Shown: piece after piece, positions 53,071 to 64,000 of the stretch
How the letters are laid out: each line of letters opens with the position of its first letter
Numbering within the stretch: the first letter of the stretch is position 1
Origin: Octopus vulgaris
Taxonomy: Eukaryota
Direction: 5' to 3'
DNA length: 64,000 nt
NCBI GenBank assembly: GCA_951406725.2
Contig: OX597831.1
Coordinates: 41,106,001-41,170,000 of the forward strand
Notes under the pieces: model-generated
The model's input: only the letters and a program-made list of their open reading frames with translations
Told to the model about the DNA's origin: nothing
Database searches by the model: none
Position numbers and translations under genes: made by a program

Positions 53071-53314
53071 CAGTGGTTTCCAAAGTGAGTGGAAAGATCC
53101 GGTTGGGAAATCTGCGTTAAAGAAAAGTGGGGCGATATTAGGGTGGCCAAAAATGGGGCAATGGATGTAAAAACAACAAAATAATGAGGTTAATTGGATT
53201 ACGTTTTATTTGCGAAATACAGTTTTGAATTTGCTGCAGAAATGGGTCAGGGCCACTAGGAATGCAGCCTGGGTGCCAAAGGGGCGGCAGCCCGAGAAAG
53301 TTTGGGAACCATTG
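53071..53314. mobile_element. hAT (Charlie-like) MITE
   Basis: TIRs CAGTGGTTTCCAAAGT / AGTTTGGGAACCATTG; no clear 8-bp TSD; similar end fragment GGTTGGGAACCACTG near 2960-2973. Confidence 0.65.
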
Positions 53315-53666
53315 ATAAGGCGTAAGATATCATTCTCGGTCCACTAACATCACACTAGATTGGTGCATAATGTATCAACCGATGAAAGATTAAAACAAAA
53401 AAAAAAACAAATAATAAAATGAGTTTGACCTAGGTGGGATCCGTTTTCAAAGTCTGGACCCCAAAAAAAATAACACAATACTCTAATGATTGCACCAATT
53501 CACCGCTTGTGGCCTTAGCATGACATCGTAATGCTATGAAAACTATAACAATTGGCAAGAACTAAACCGTAAAAAAGCATTCCTCTTCATATATTTCCTA
53601 TCAGTTGTGGTATCTCTGGTGCCTTTTGTTGCTTTATGGATTTATGTGTATATGTGCATATATCTC

Positions 53667-53707
<41 letters not shown>

Positions 53708-53735
53708 TTGTATTTATATATTTATATATTTTATA

Positions 53736-53772
<37 letters not shown>

Positions 53773-53850
53773 CTATACTTTTATAACTATATATATGTAT
53801 ATATACTTATATATTGTATATCTTGTGTTTATATATGTATCTATATAATG

Positions 53851-53896
<46 letters not shown>

Positions 53897-53926
53897 TCAT
53901 GGCACACATGCACACATATTATATAT

Positions 53927-53960
<34 letters not shown>

Positions 53961-54481
53961 GTCTCTGTGTATGTATATATGTATATACATATGTGTGTAT
54001 GTGTGTTCTGTTGAAGAGCTAATATTGGTTTATTGATTTTGCTTTGCATATTTGTTTAAGTTGTTTTTGTTTTGTTTTGTTTTTGTTTTGTTTTTTTCTT
54101 AGTTTGTCTTTATTGAATAAATACGTATTTATTTCCTGCGGTTTGCATATATATTTCTTTGTGGGTTTGAGTTCTTTTTTACACCACCCTACCCCTCGTG
54201 GTTTTATCGATAGCGGTCATATAAAAACGATTATGTATGTGCGAAAGAATGAGAGAGTGAAGGCCACCCACTCCTCAAAACAAAATACTACTTGTGCTTA
54301 ATGGCATAATAGCGAGTTTAATGCCAAATATTATCTTTTCTCACAGATCCGCTTCTAATCGATAATTGATGAAGAAACATAAATGCATACACACACACAC
54401 ATATATGCTCACATATATGTGTGTGCATGTGCGCCTGTGTGCGAGTATATGTCTGTAAGTCTGAATGTATCAGTATCTGCA

Positions 54482-54512
<31 letters not shown>

Positions 54513-54519
54513 ATGTATG

Positions 54520-54579
<60 letters not shown>

Positions 54580-55199
54580 TAAAGCGTGTGTCTGGATGTG
54601 TAATTCAGTTTTCGCTTGAACAAGACACCTGGAACGGCAACGGAGTGTATCATCAGCTACGGATGTTTATTGGATATCTTTGGTGTACAAATGCATATGC
54701 TGTGTGTGTAGGATGTATGTGTATGTATATGTGTGTGTATGAGAGAGAGAGACAGACAGTCAGACAGAGACAGAGAGCGTGTGCGTGCTGAGACAGATAT
54801 TCTGAAAGGACTCTCTCATCGTTAGACAACAAACAACGGTGTACTGCAATGTCTTGCCGAATAACCACAAAGATGATTTGTTTATACTGATCAAATATTT
54901 ATGATGCACATAGGTTTACTACCTCCATCAAACAGTCATTGCCTGTACAGGTGTACAAGTGAGCATATCAGATGTGGACATGATCAGTTAACAACATGAA
55001 ATGAAGTATTTTGCTCAAGAACACAACGTGACGCACCGCCTGCTTATTTCCATCTTCGCGCTATGTAATTCATAAAGCAGTCCTATACAATAGCGGAATT
55101 CCACATGTTTATTCAGCCTTGGAAAGTATCCTGAAGTAGGACGGCATGTGATAGCCAGCAGCGGAAAAGGAGTTTTTAAATGCTTGTTACGAGCTTATT

Positions 55200-55295
<96 letters not shown>

Positions 55296-55475
55296 TGCAT
55301 CAACATAATTGTAACCTACATCTTGGAAGCATATTATTGAGATTTGTGGTTAAAGGTAAGCTTCAGTAAGAAAGTAAGTTATGAGGAAATAATGACCGTT
55401 CGTACTGGTCTGGCACACACACACATACACACACACATATAGTTATAGATATAGATATATATTTAAATAATGAGC

Positions 55476-55542
55476 CACACTGATGAATTGCGGACATTTA
55501 CGTATGTAATATGTAAGTAGTAACAATAAAACCTGGTATGTG
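55476..55542 (+). ncRNA. Hammerhead-like motif, second family U copy
   Basis: CACA-CTGATGA-ATTG-loop-CAAT-AAAA-CC-T-GG-TA-TGTG; GAAA mutated to AAAA; loop shares CGGACATTT and TATGTAAGTA with 47875-47951. Confidence 0.6.
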
Positions 55543-55687
55543 ACTAATCATTATATTTTGTCTCTTTTCATTTGTCTTACTCGCTTACGTTCTGGCATTT
55601 ACTGAATTTTCTTGAGAATTCAAAGAGCTGCCCCAGCATGACCGCAATCTAATGACTGAAACAAATAAAAGATCAAATGCATATATT

Positions 55688-55895
55688 TAGCGAGCTGGCA
55701 GAACCGTTGGCACGCCGGGCGAAATGCGTAGCCGTATTTCGTCTGCCGTTACGTTCTGAGTTCAAATTCCGCCGAGGTCGACTTTGCCTTTCATTCTTTC
55801 GGGGTCGATAAAATTAAGTACCAGTTACGCACTGGGGTCGATGTAATCGACTTAATCCGTTTGTCTGTCCTTGTTTGTCTCCTCTATAATAAAGA

Positions 55896-55897
<2 letters not shown>
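55688..55897 (+). mobile_element. SINE family B, tail type 1
   Basis: GCGAGCTGGCAGAA...GAGTTCAAATTCC...GGGGTCGATAAAATTAAGTACCAG...TTTGTCTGTCCTTG. Confidence 0.9.
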
Positions 55898-55937
<40 letters not shown>

Positions 55938-56469
55938 GCAGCATGTAACAATACACCTTCGATGCAAGTCTGAAGAAGTGCCTCTCTGATGTCTAAAACC
56001 ACAAACATTACGTGATTTTTCATTTAGAATTTTCGAGTAAACTGACATTGCAAATAAGGATGGTACTTTATTTTCCCATAAAAGAATTGGAATGAATGAG
56101 ATACAACGAGGAAGGAGACATGCAGCTAAAGTTGACAAGTATGAAACCGAATGTATCTGCACTAGATGCATCGCACCACAAACATGGTTCTCATTAAAAA
56201 GTTTTATTCTTTTCCTTTATAATACAATCATTAATTATTTTTGCATCGGTAGTTCTGATCAATGGTTCATTTGGGGAAAATGAAAATCAGTGTAAAAGAA
56301 AGTGCAAATTTCCAGAAGTTAATCTGTCTGCATAATATAGACTTAATATTAGAATTAACTAGACCCACAATAAGGGATTTGAAACAACCGCATATTTAGT
56401 CCAAACAGTAGTAACATGGCAATGAATCTACGATATAGTGTGTATGTCAAATGATACAAGGGGGGGGGG

Positions 56470-56710
56470 GGCGTCCCGAAACAAATTAAAGTAGAAACAC
56501 CCCCACCAAACTTTCAAACGGTACTTGGGCAAATTCCTCCAGGAAATATCGGATAAACCACCTACACCTGGATACGTCTTAACCAACAACAAGTCCCTGC
56601 TTGAGTGGTCCATGGTGTCCCGAAATAGTTAAATAAAAGACTTTTCCAGGTGGTGCTACTACATTAGTCATGGCCTGGGCCAATAAAGGCCGAAACCAAT
56701 CTAAGTTATA
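56470..56710 (+). mobile_element. 3' end of CR1/L2-group LINE, second copy
   Basis: FKRYLGKFLQEISDKPPTPGYVLTNNKSLLEW; 3'UTR CCAGGTGGTGCTA...CATGGCCTGG.CCAATA..GGCC.AAACC matches 14341-14410 reversed. Confidence 0.8.
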
Positions 56711-56779
56711 TATATTAAACATTCATAATCGGAAGAAATTGGAAGGAATTAAACATTAAGTATTTATGGAACTTTAAGT

Positions 56780-57047
56780 GGAACAGAAACGCAATAGAGG
56801 GCATTAAAACGTTCCGACAGAAAGACAACACAAAGGCGGACAAGAGAAACAACAATTAGAAGGGCAGGCAAAAAAGACGGGGTTTTCTTGGCTTTCTTTC
56901 TTCAGTCAAGTACCAGAAGTCACGACTATTTCGGACAGTTACATTTGAGATGGTTCGATCTGGTTGCCCCCCAAAAAGTCTAAGCTAAGAGCTTTAGACG
57001 CCTTTGTAAGAAAGCTAGCGAATGTATACAGCAACAAAGACAAAAAG

Positions 57048-57050
<3 letters not shown>
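56780..57050. repeat. Repeat family Z, second copy
   Basis: Colinear with 14780-15085. Confidence 0.6.
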
Positions 57051-57083
<33 letters not shown>

Positions 57084-57104
57084 TTGAAATAAACGCAGCT
57101 CTAA

Positions 57105-57321
57105 TAACCTTTCCACTATAGGCACACGGCCTAAAATTTGGGGGAAGAGGTTAAGTCGATTACATCGACTCCAGTAAGCAACTGGTATTCAGTTTATCGA
57201 CCCCGAAAGAATGAAAGGCAATGTCGACCTCGGCGGAATTGAAACTCAGAATGTAGCGACGGGCGAAATACCGCTGAGCAATTCGCCCGGCGTGCTAACA
57301 ATTCTGCCAGCTTTCCGCCTT
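57105..57321 (-). mobile_element. SINE family B, tail type 2
   Basis: CCTTTCCACTATAGGCACACGGCC...TTTATCGACCCCGAAAG...CTGCCAGCT on + strand. Confidence 0.88.
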
Positions 57322-57594
57322 AAACGTAAACATTATCGGTGTTATATACAACATAGTGCATTGTTTGTACGTTTTCTTTAAACGCCCTCCAGCTGCTGGA
57401 TAGCGGTTTGGGAAACGTTCTTTCTTGACGCCGACTGTTAAAGAAAACACTAAACGTCTCAGACCGGGCGGGGCAACTCGCACCTCTGATGAACAAGAGC
57501 GGGGATTGTTATATTTCGCTGTCTTTCAGTCCTAAAGCAGCAAATGGGCGTAAAAACAAAACACATACACTAATTAGGTGATGTCGATAATATT

Positions 57595-57653
<59 letters not shown>

Positions 57654-57730
57654 TGTAATAAAGATTTTAGAAATTTTTACTACCAGTGGCCTAGGGTATA
57701 GAAAAATTAGTCAATACACTATATATTATT

Positions 57731-57844
57731 CATATAAAATACAGTGTACATTTAAACACATTAAGAGGTTTCCATCATAGGACCTTACGTTAAGTGAGTC
57801 CTATGGTGGAAACCTCTTAATGTGTTTAAATGTACACAGTATTT

Positions 57845-57850
<6 letters not shown>
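57731..57850. repeat. 53-bp inverted repeat with 14-nt spacer
   Basis: Arms 57731-57783 and 57798-57850, 2 mismatches. Confidence 0.9.
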
Positions 57851-57911
<61 letters not shown>

Positions 57912-57964
57912 ATATATATGTGTGTGTGGGTGTGGATGTGTGTATGTGTGTGTATGTATACGTA

Positions 57965-58190
57965 TTTTCTTTTATTCTTCTACTTGTTTTAGTCATTAGC
58001 CTGCAGCCATGCTGGACCACCCCCTAAAAGGCTTTTTTTAGTCGAAGAAATCGACTTTTTCTTTGTAAGACTAGTACTTATTCTATCGGTCTCTTGCCGA
58101 ACTGCTAAATTACGGGGGGCGTAAACATACGAGCATCGGTTTTCAAGCGGTGGTGAGGGGGACAAACACAAACACAAAGACACACACACA
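57965..58190 (-). mobile_element. SINE family A 3' half
   Basis: GCAGCCATGCTGGA...AGTACTTATTCTATCGGTCTCTT...TCAAGCG on + strand. Confidence 0.8.
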
Positions 58191-58200
58191 TAAACATATA

Positions 58201-58609
58201 TATGTCGTTGCTATTATGTTAAACTGTCGTATGTCCAAATTTGGCCAAATGAGTTTTTCTTTTTTCTTTTCAATATTTAATTTTGTTTACAATAGCTGGT
58301 TCTTTTGCTCAAACTATCGTATCTCCAGCTGCTTCAGATGCCAAGATGTAAAATTTACCAAAGTATAGTACAACGGTTTCGCATTTTTCAAAAGTGTTGT
58401 ATGTCCCACATAGGACAGTTTTGCAAAAATATTTCTGACTGAAAATAACATACATGTATGGGAGTTACGATTTCATGCACCCAACAAAGTATTATTGTTA
58501 AGCTGAAACTGTTGCTGATGTAAAGAGAAACAGAATAGTGAAACTATTGTTTCGTTTCTTGAAAAAGCAACGTTTTGGACTTACGACATTTTTGCATAAT
58601 AGCAACGAC

Positions 58610-58612
<3 letters not shown>
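58201..58612. mobile_element. MITE with about 39-bp TIRs and TA ends
   Basis: TATGTCGTTGCTATTATGTTAAACTGTCGTATGTCCAAA / TTTGGACTTACGACATTTTTGCATAATAGCAACGACATA; outer 18 bp perfect. Confidence 0.85.
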
Positions 58613-58700
<88 letters not shown>

Positions 58701-58843
58701 TGTAGATAGATAGATATAGATAGATATATGCGGATAGGAAAGCCTTCTTTTTTCTGTCGAGGGCTTATATGCCCCTTTATTAGACTATTTCCCTTAGTCA
58801 TTGCACGGTGATCGCCATAAGCTTTAAGCTGATATATAAATAC

Positions 58844-58931
<88 letters not shown>

Positions 58932-58934
58932 TAC

Positions 58935-58992
<58 letters not shown>

Positions 58993-58995
<3 letters not shown>

Positions 58996-59152
58996 GATGG
59001 GCTTCTTTCTGTTTCCGTTTACCAAATTCTCTCAGAATTCTTTGATCACTCCGAGGCTATAGTTGAAGACACTTGCCCAAGGTGTCACGCAGTGGGACTG
59101 AACTCAGAACCATGTGGTTGGGAAGCTAGCTTCTTACCGCACAGCCACGCCC
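58993..59152 (-). mobile_element. SINE family A 5' half
   Basis: GAAGACACTTGCCCAAGG...GCAGTGGGACTGAAC...CACAGCCACGCC on + strand. Confidence 0.85.
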
Positions 59153-59479
59153 TGTATATGAGTGTGTGTGTGTGTGTGTCAACGTGTCTGTAAAATCCTA
59201 CCCTCTCTCTCTCTCTCTCTCTCTCCCTCTCTGTCTCCCAACAACATCAGCATCATGATATATGACGCAATAACATGTAATTATTACATTTGTACACATG
59301 TCAAATTTTTTTTTGCGCTAGATTGATGAATAATTGCTGTTTGGCTCGCTCGTGTTATGCGTATCTTATGTCCTCATACGGTAATTTATCATAACATCTC
59401 AATTATTTCATGTCGTAGCAATCTGTAATTTATGCGGTCAAACGATTATAATTTATATCGTCTAACAACTATATTTCAT

Positions 59480-60061
59480 AATACAGCTCTATTTTTAAGA
59501 GATGAGGAATTATGTATATTATTTACATTATTTACATTCGATGGATATTTGTCCTCATCTTGTTTGTTGTTAACACGTTTCGGTTGATATACCCTCCAGC
59601 CTTCTTCAGGTGTCTTAGGGAAATTTCGAACCTGGGTTCTCATTCCTAAGGTATTTTTCGATGTTATTAATATTATTATTGTTGTTGCTTCTGTTGTTGT
59701 TGTTGTTGTTGTTGTCGTTGGTAGTGTTCAGGTCACTGCTTGGAATCGAACTCGGAATCTTGGGGTTAGTAGCCCGCGCTCTTAACCCACGAGCATATGA
59801 CGTAGTGGTTAAGAGCGCGGGCTACTAACCCCAAGATTCCGAGTTCGATTCCAAGCAGACCTGAACACTAACAACAACACAACAACAATAATAATAATAA
59901 TAATAATAACAACAACAACAACATCGAAAAATACCTTAGGAATGAGAACCCAGGTTTGAAATTTCCCCAAGACACCTGATGAAGACTGGAGGGTATATCA
60001 GCTGAAAGTTGTATTAACAACAAAGAAGATGGGGAGAAATATCCGTGGAATGTAAATAATG
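59480..60061. mobile_element. Head-to-head inverted dimer of a tRNA-headed, hammerhead-bearing element, with 13-bp TSD
   Basis: Arms about 59480-59790(-) and 59793-60061(+); A-box-like TGACGTAGTGG, B box GAGTTCGATTCC; CTGA(T/A)GA...GAAA motif in each arm; AACTATATTTCAT at 59467-59479 and 60062-60074. Confidence 0.85.
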
Positions 60062-60307
60062 AACTATATTTCATGTCATTTCACTTCTATATTCCCTCTC
60101 AGTATCACATTTTATGCCGCTTCACAACTACTAAGTTCAACCGTTGGCAGTGGTTTTCAACCAGTATCCACGTGATCCCTGGTGGTGGAGGCGGGATCAT
60201 GTAATCAATATAGTAAATTGAAGATACACAGCAGCATTTTAAGGGTTCATGAAAACAATTTTGCCTTAAAGATATTTGTTGCATGAAACAGCCTGAAGTG
60301 CAAGAAA

Positions 60308-60382
60308 AACCACTACGACATGTGCCCACGGGCATATGGCGCAGTGGTTAAGAGCGCGGGCTACAAACCCCAAGATTCCGAG
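60308..60382. mobile_element. Central palindromic head junction of the same element, truncated
   Basis: AACCACTACGACATGTGCCC-AC-GGGCATATGGCGCAGTGGTT then AAGAGCGCGGGCTACAAACCCCAAGATTCCGAG. Confidence 0.75.
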
Positions 60383-60900
60383 AAGGAGGTGAGCTGGCAG
60401 AAACGTTAGCACGCCGGGCGAAATGCTTAGCGGTATTTCGTCTACCGACGCTACGTTCTGAGTTCAAATTCCGCCGAGGTCGACTTTGCCTTTTATCCTT
60501 TCGGGGCCGATAAATTAAGTACCAGTTACGCACTGGGGTCAATGTAATCGACGTAATCCCTTTGTCTGTCCTTGTTTGTCCCCTCTATGTTTAGTCCTTT
60601 CATCCTTTCAAGGTCGATGAAATAAATATCAGTTAAGCACTGGGGTCGATGTGATCGACTATCACCTTCCACACAAATTCCAGGCCACATGCCTACTGCT
60701 GGAAGGATTCTTAGTACTAATTAATATGCTTAAGGTGGTGAGCTGGAAGAATCGTTAGCACGCCGGGTAAAATGCTTAGTGGTATTTTGCCCGTCCTTAC
60801 GTGAGTTCAAATTCCGCAGAAGTCGACTTTGCCTTTCATAGTTTCGGGGTCGAGAAAATAAGTGCCAGTTGAGCACTGGGGTCGATGTAATCGACTTAAC
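60383..60900 (+). mobile_element. Cluster of three SINE family B units
   Basis: Heads at about 60385 and 60733, headless unit about 60595-60710. Confidence 0.88.
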
Positions 60901-61114
60901 TACTCCTGGGTAAGAATATAAAAACTGCACCCTGCTACAAAGCTATATGGAGCCAGAGTGACAGAGTTGGCTCATACTCATCAAACCAAATATGACCTGA
61001 ATATCAAATTCACGGCCTCCACATCAGAACGCGGTTGGTGGAGAGGAAGAGAACATTCTGAGGTCTTCGTCCTACAGTGGACTGAACTTAGGCAGTCCAA
61101 TCCAATCCAATGTG

Positions 61115-61495
61115 AGGCAGCACTGTCCTACCCAATGTCAACCACTCTGGTGTTGCTTGGTCGGCATTTAACAAGGTGTTGAGTTGCGCAGCTATTCGTG
61201 CATGACATTCACCAAATCTTTTGACCCAGTAGCCTTGAACTCCATCTGATCCCGGGGCCTCCCAGCTGCTCATTTTTTTTTTTTTTTTCTGATTTCCTCC
61301 TCTTCCCTAACTGAAATGACTAGTTCTGCCTGTTTTGGACAGACTACTGCTTGTTTCAGTTCTTGCAACCATTCAAGCATCCTTCTTGTGCTCCTTGTTT
61401 TTGCTCCAGATGTCACTCCAAAACCTAGCGAAGTTAAAGCGTATCTGGCTCCTAACCTACAACATTCGGACACCCATCCATAATATGGTTTCATT
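61115..61495 (-). pseudogene. R4/Dong-like non-LTR retrotransposon RT N-terminal fragment
   Basis: EWLQELK...KKMSSWEAPGSDGVQGYWVKRF...HARIAAQLN...PEWLTLGRTVL matches the NWKAPGPDG.QG.W.K...P.W...GRT.L pattern; frameshifts. Confidence 0.85.
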
Positions 61496-62454
61496 GGACG
61501 CAGCGCAATATTTTAATACATTTTTAAAATAATAGAAAAATAGAAAGCCGCTCGTCTTATACGCTGGCGAATACAGTGTACGTTGAGGATGACAAAGTTT
61601 TATTAGATAATCTCTCATTTTTTTTATTTTTCAATAATTATGAGGGACAATGCCTGGCATGTTTTTACCCTCACTAAACCACTTCAGTGATGCATAGAAA
61701 GAATCTCACCGTAGTTGCCGAAGTAGTGACGAGAGAGAGAGTTAGAGAATCATTCTTTGAATGTACAATACTGTTAACTTGTGGACGTAGAAAAGTCGGA
61801 ATATTCAGAGAATGTATCACTTTTAGACACATTCTACATAAAAAAAAAAAAACATGTTTAAAAAAAGAAAGAAAAAGACAAGTATAGACACACAAACAGT
61901 TATGTTCGTGTTAACATATTTCATGCAAAGAGTATGGAAAAGCTAACTGGAAAAAAATCTCTATGTCATTAGTTTTCTGTCGTCTGACAGCTGTGTTTTA
62001 TGTTGTCTGACAACTATGTGTTATCTCAGTAGTCACCCATGGTCTAGCTTGTCTCACTTTTTCTATTGACATAAAATATTTTATAAGTTATCTGTTGTTC
62101 TTTTTCGTTTTTTTGTTTCGTTTCAGGTTCCGTATTTTTCCGTTGTTTTGTTGTCGTTATTTTGCTAGATTATTTTATGCTTTGCTTTTATTGTTCTTTA
62201 TTTTTGTTTTTGTTTTTTATAATTTTGGATAAGAGATCTCCAAGGGGAAAGTAATTTTTTAAAAAATTTTGTTTGTTTTTGTTTATAGTTGTTTGTTTAA
62301 GTTCAACAAAAACTGATTTCATTTTGTTTTTAAAATAGATTTAATAATGATTATATATGTTTCACTATATTTCAAATCATTGTTAAAGTAAATAAGATTT
62401 TTTTTTCTTCATAAATATATACAATCGTGAAGCGTGTGTGTATGTATATATATA

Positions 62455-62975
62455 TTAGGTTGTCCGGAAAGTTCGTGCCGATTTATTGTAGCTTACCTTT
62501 CGACTTATTTTAGAACATGGCTGAGTCCATAAAACAGGATTTTACTTCACCTCCATTTAGAGCACAGTTTAAGCTATCTTTCCGTGGAAGAAGGTTTATG
62601 TTCCTATAACCTGTGTTAATTCTGTAACCCTTTAAAATGGAAGATAAGAAAGTTCATTTTCGGCACTTGATGCTTTGGGAACCAGACAAACATTGCTGCA
62701 GCTCAGCAGGGATGTGTTACCCCACCCTCCATATTCACCAGATATTGCTCCTTCGGATTTTCACTTATTCAGGTCTCTGCAGAATAGTCTTAATGGTAAA
62801 AATTCCAATTCCTTGGATGACGTAAAAAGATACCTTGATGAATTCTTTGCTATGAAACCCCCTCAATTCTGGGAAGAGGGTATTTTTAAGTAAAAGGACA
62901 GATGGAGACACATTGTGCAACAAAATGGTTCATATTTGGTTGATTTAAAATGTAATGGCAAGTATTTATTGACCT
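62455..62975 (+). mobile_element. Internally deleted mariner (mellifera-like), non-autonomous
   Basis: TA + TTAGGTTGTCCGGAAAGTTC TIR-like end; N-terminus MEDKKVHFRHLMLWE joined out of frame to VLPHPPYSPDIAPSDFHLFRSLQN...GI..*..RW..IVQQNGSY; right TIR not seen. Confidence 0.92.
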
Positions 62976-63381
62976 TTTTCTTTGTCCGTGTGCGTGTGTG
63001 TGTGTATGTGTGTGTGTGTGTGCGTGCGCACGTATGTATATTTCTTTATCCGCGTGCGTGTATGTGTGTGTGTGTGTGCGTGAGTGTGGGGGGGTGTTCT
63101 GGCTTTACTTTTACAACTCTCCATTAGAGAAAGAGCCGGTTTCCAACCCAGAAACAAAGCCCTTTCATTTGAATTTCAACATCTTACTAAATATGCATGC
63201 ACGTGTATGTGTACGTATGTATGTATGTATGTATGTATGTATGTATGTATGTATGTATGTATGTATGCATGCATGAATGTATGTTTGTTTGTTTGTTCTC
63301 TTTTTAATTTAGAATAAAGTTTGGCCGGTCATCATGGCTGTGATGGAAAGCACCTTTTGTTTTTCGTCCTTTAAATCTTAA

Positions 63382-63688
63382 ATTTTTTTGCTGTTGTTTG
63401 TTCCTTCTTGAGCCATGCCTGGCTCATAAGTGCCGGTTTCCCGGTTTCCTTGGCGTATAGGTTCCCCACCTGGACGCGACGCCAGTCCGTCGCAGATGAG
63501 CTGCAAGATGGAGGAGGAAAGAGTGAGAGAAAGTTGTGGCGAAAGAGTTAGCAGAGGTTCGCCATCACCTTCTGTCGGAGCCGCGTGTGTGTTTCGCTCA
63601 TAAACACACACATCGCCCGGTCTGAGATTCGAACTCGCGATCCCTCTACCGCGATTCAGCTGCGCTAACCACTAGGCCATGTGCCTCC
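63382..63688 (-). mobile_element. SINE family C, alternative tail, with TSD
   Basis: Reverse complement GGAGGCACATGGCCTAGTGG...GAGTTCGAATCTC...CCACAACTTTCTCTCACTCTT then CTGCGACGGACTGGCGTC tail; AAATCTTAA at 63373-63381 and 63689-63697. Confidence 0.88.
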
Positions 63689-64000
63689 AAATCTTAAGAA
63701 GTACTTGCAGCTTTTTATAATCCCAGATATCGTGATAATTTATAATGTATGAATTAAGGATTAGCGTTATCTCCTGAAGAGCCTAAACTCATCCACACTT
63801 TGCCTCAGGTGGAATGGTATGTATCCTGTTGCTCCGGTGGTAATAGATATGAAGCTGGAGGTGTATCTTGGGTGCCGGATTTGAAAACCGTTATTCAATG
63901 TATGTATGTATGTATGTATGTATGTATGTATGTATGTATGTATGTATGTATGTATGTATGTTTGCCTTCACATTTTAATTTATTAGTATTCTTCCTAGAA

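Noticed and set aside
56670-56700. GGCCGAAAC as a hammerhead fragment
   Set aside because: Part of the LINE 3'UTR stem-loop; no core upstream.
59793-59865. tRNA gene with ACT anticodon
   Set aside because: Acceptor stem does not pair and the anticodon stem is mismatched; it is the head of a repeat.

Overview
AT-rich eukaryotic non-coding DNA, packed with microsatellites ((TA)n, (CA)n, (TATG)n, (TAGA)n, (ATT)n) and transposon remnants. The repeat landscape looks like an octopus/coleoid genome; this is an inference from memory, with no database search. I found no host protein-coding gene I can support, and nearly all listed ORFs are microsatellite or SINE translations. Recognisable content: three tRNA-headed SINE groups with swapped tails, Penelope-like element (PLE) GIY-YIG remnants resembling the Naiad clade, a Helitron helicase fragment and a non-autonomous Helitron, a deleted mariner, several MITEs, and CR1-group and R4/Dong-like LINE fragments. 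The most notable signal is about a dozen minimal hammerhead-ribozyme (HHR)-like motifs in at least five unrelated short repeat families. One family is a tRNA-headed, HHR-carrying element inserted as a head-to-head inverted dimer with target-site duplications (59480-60061; a collapsed copy at 5610-5728). All alignments and foldings were done by eye, so repeat boundaries are approximate.
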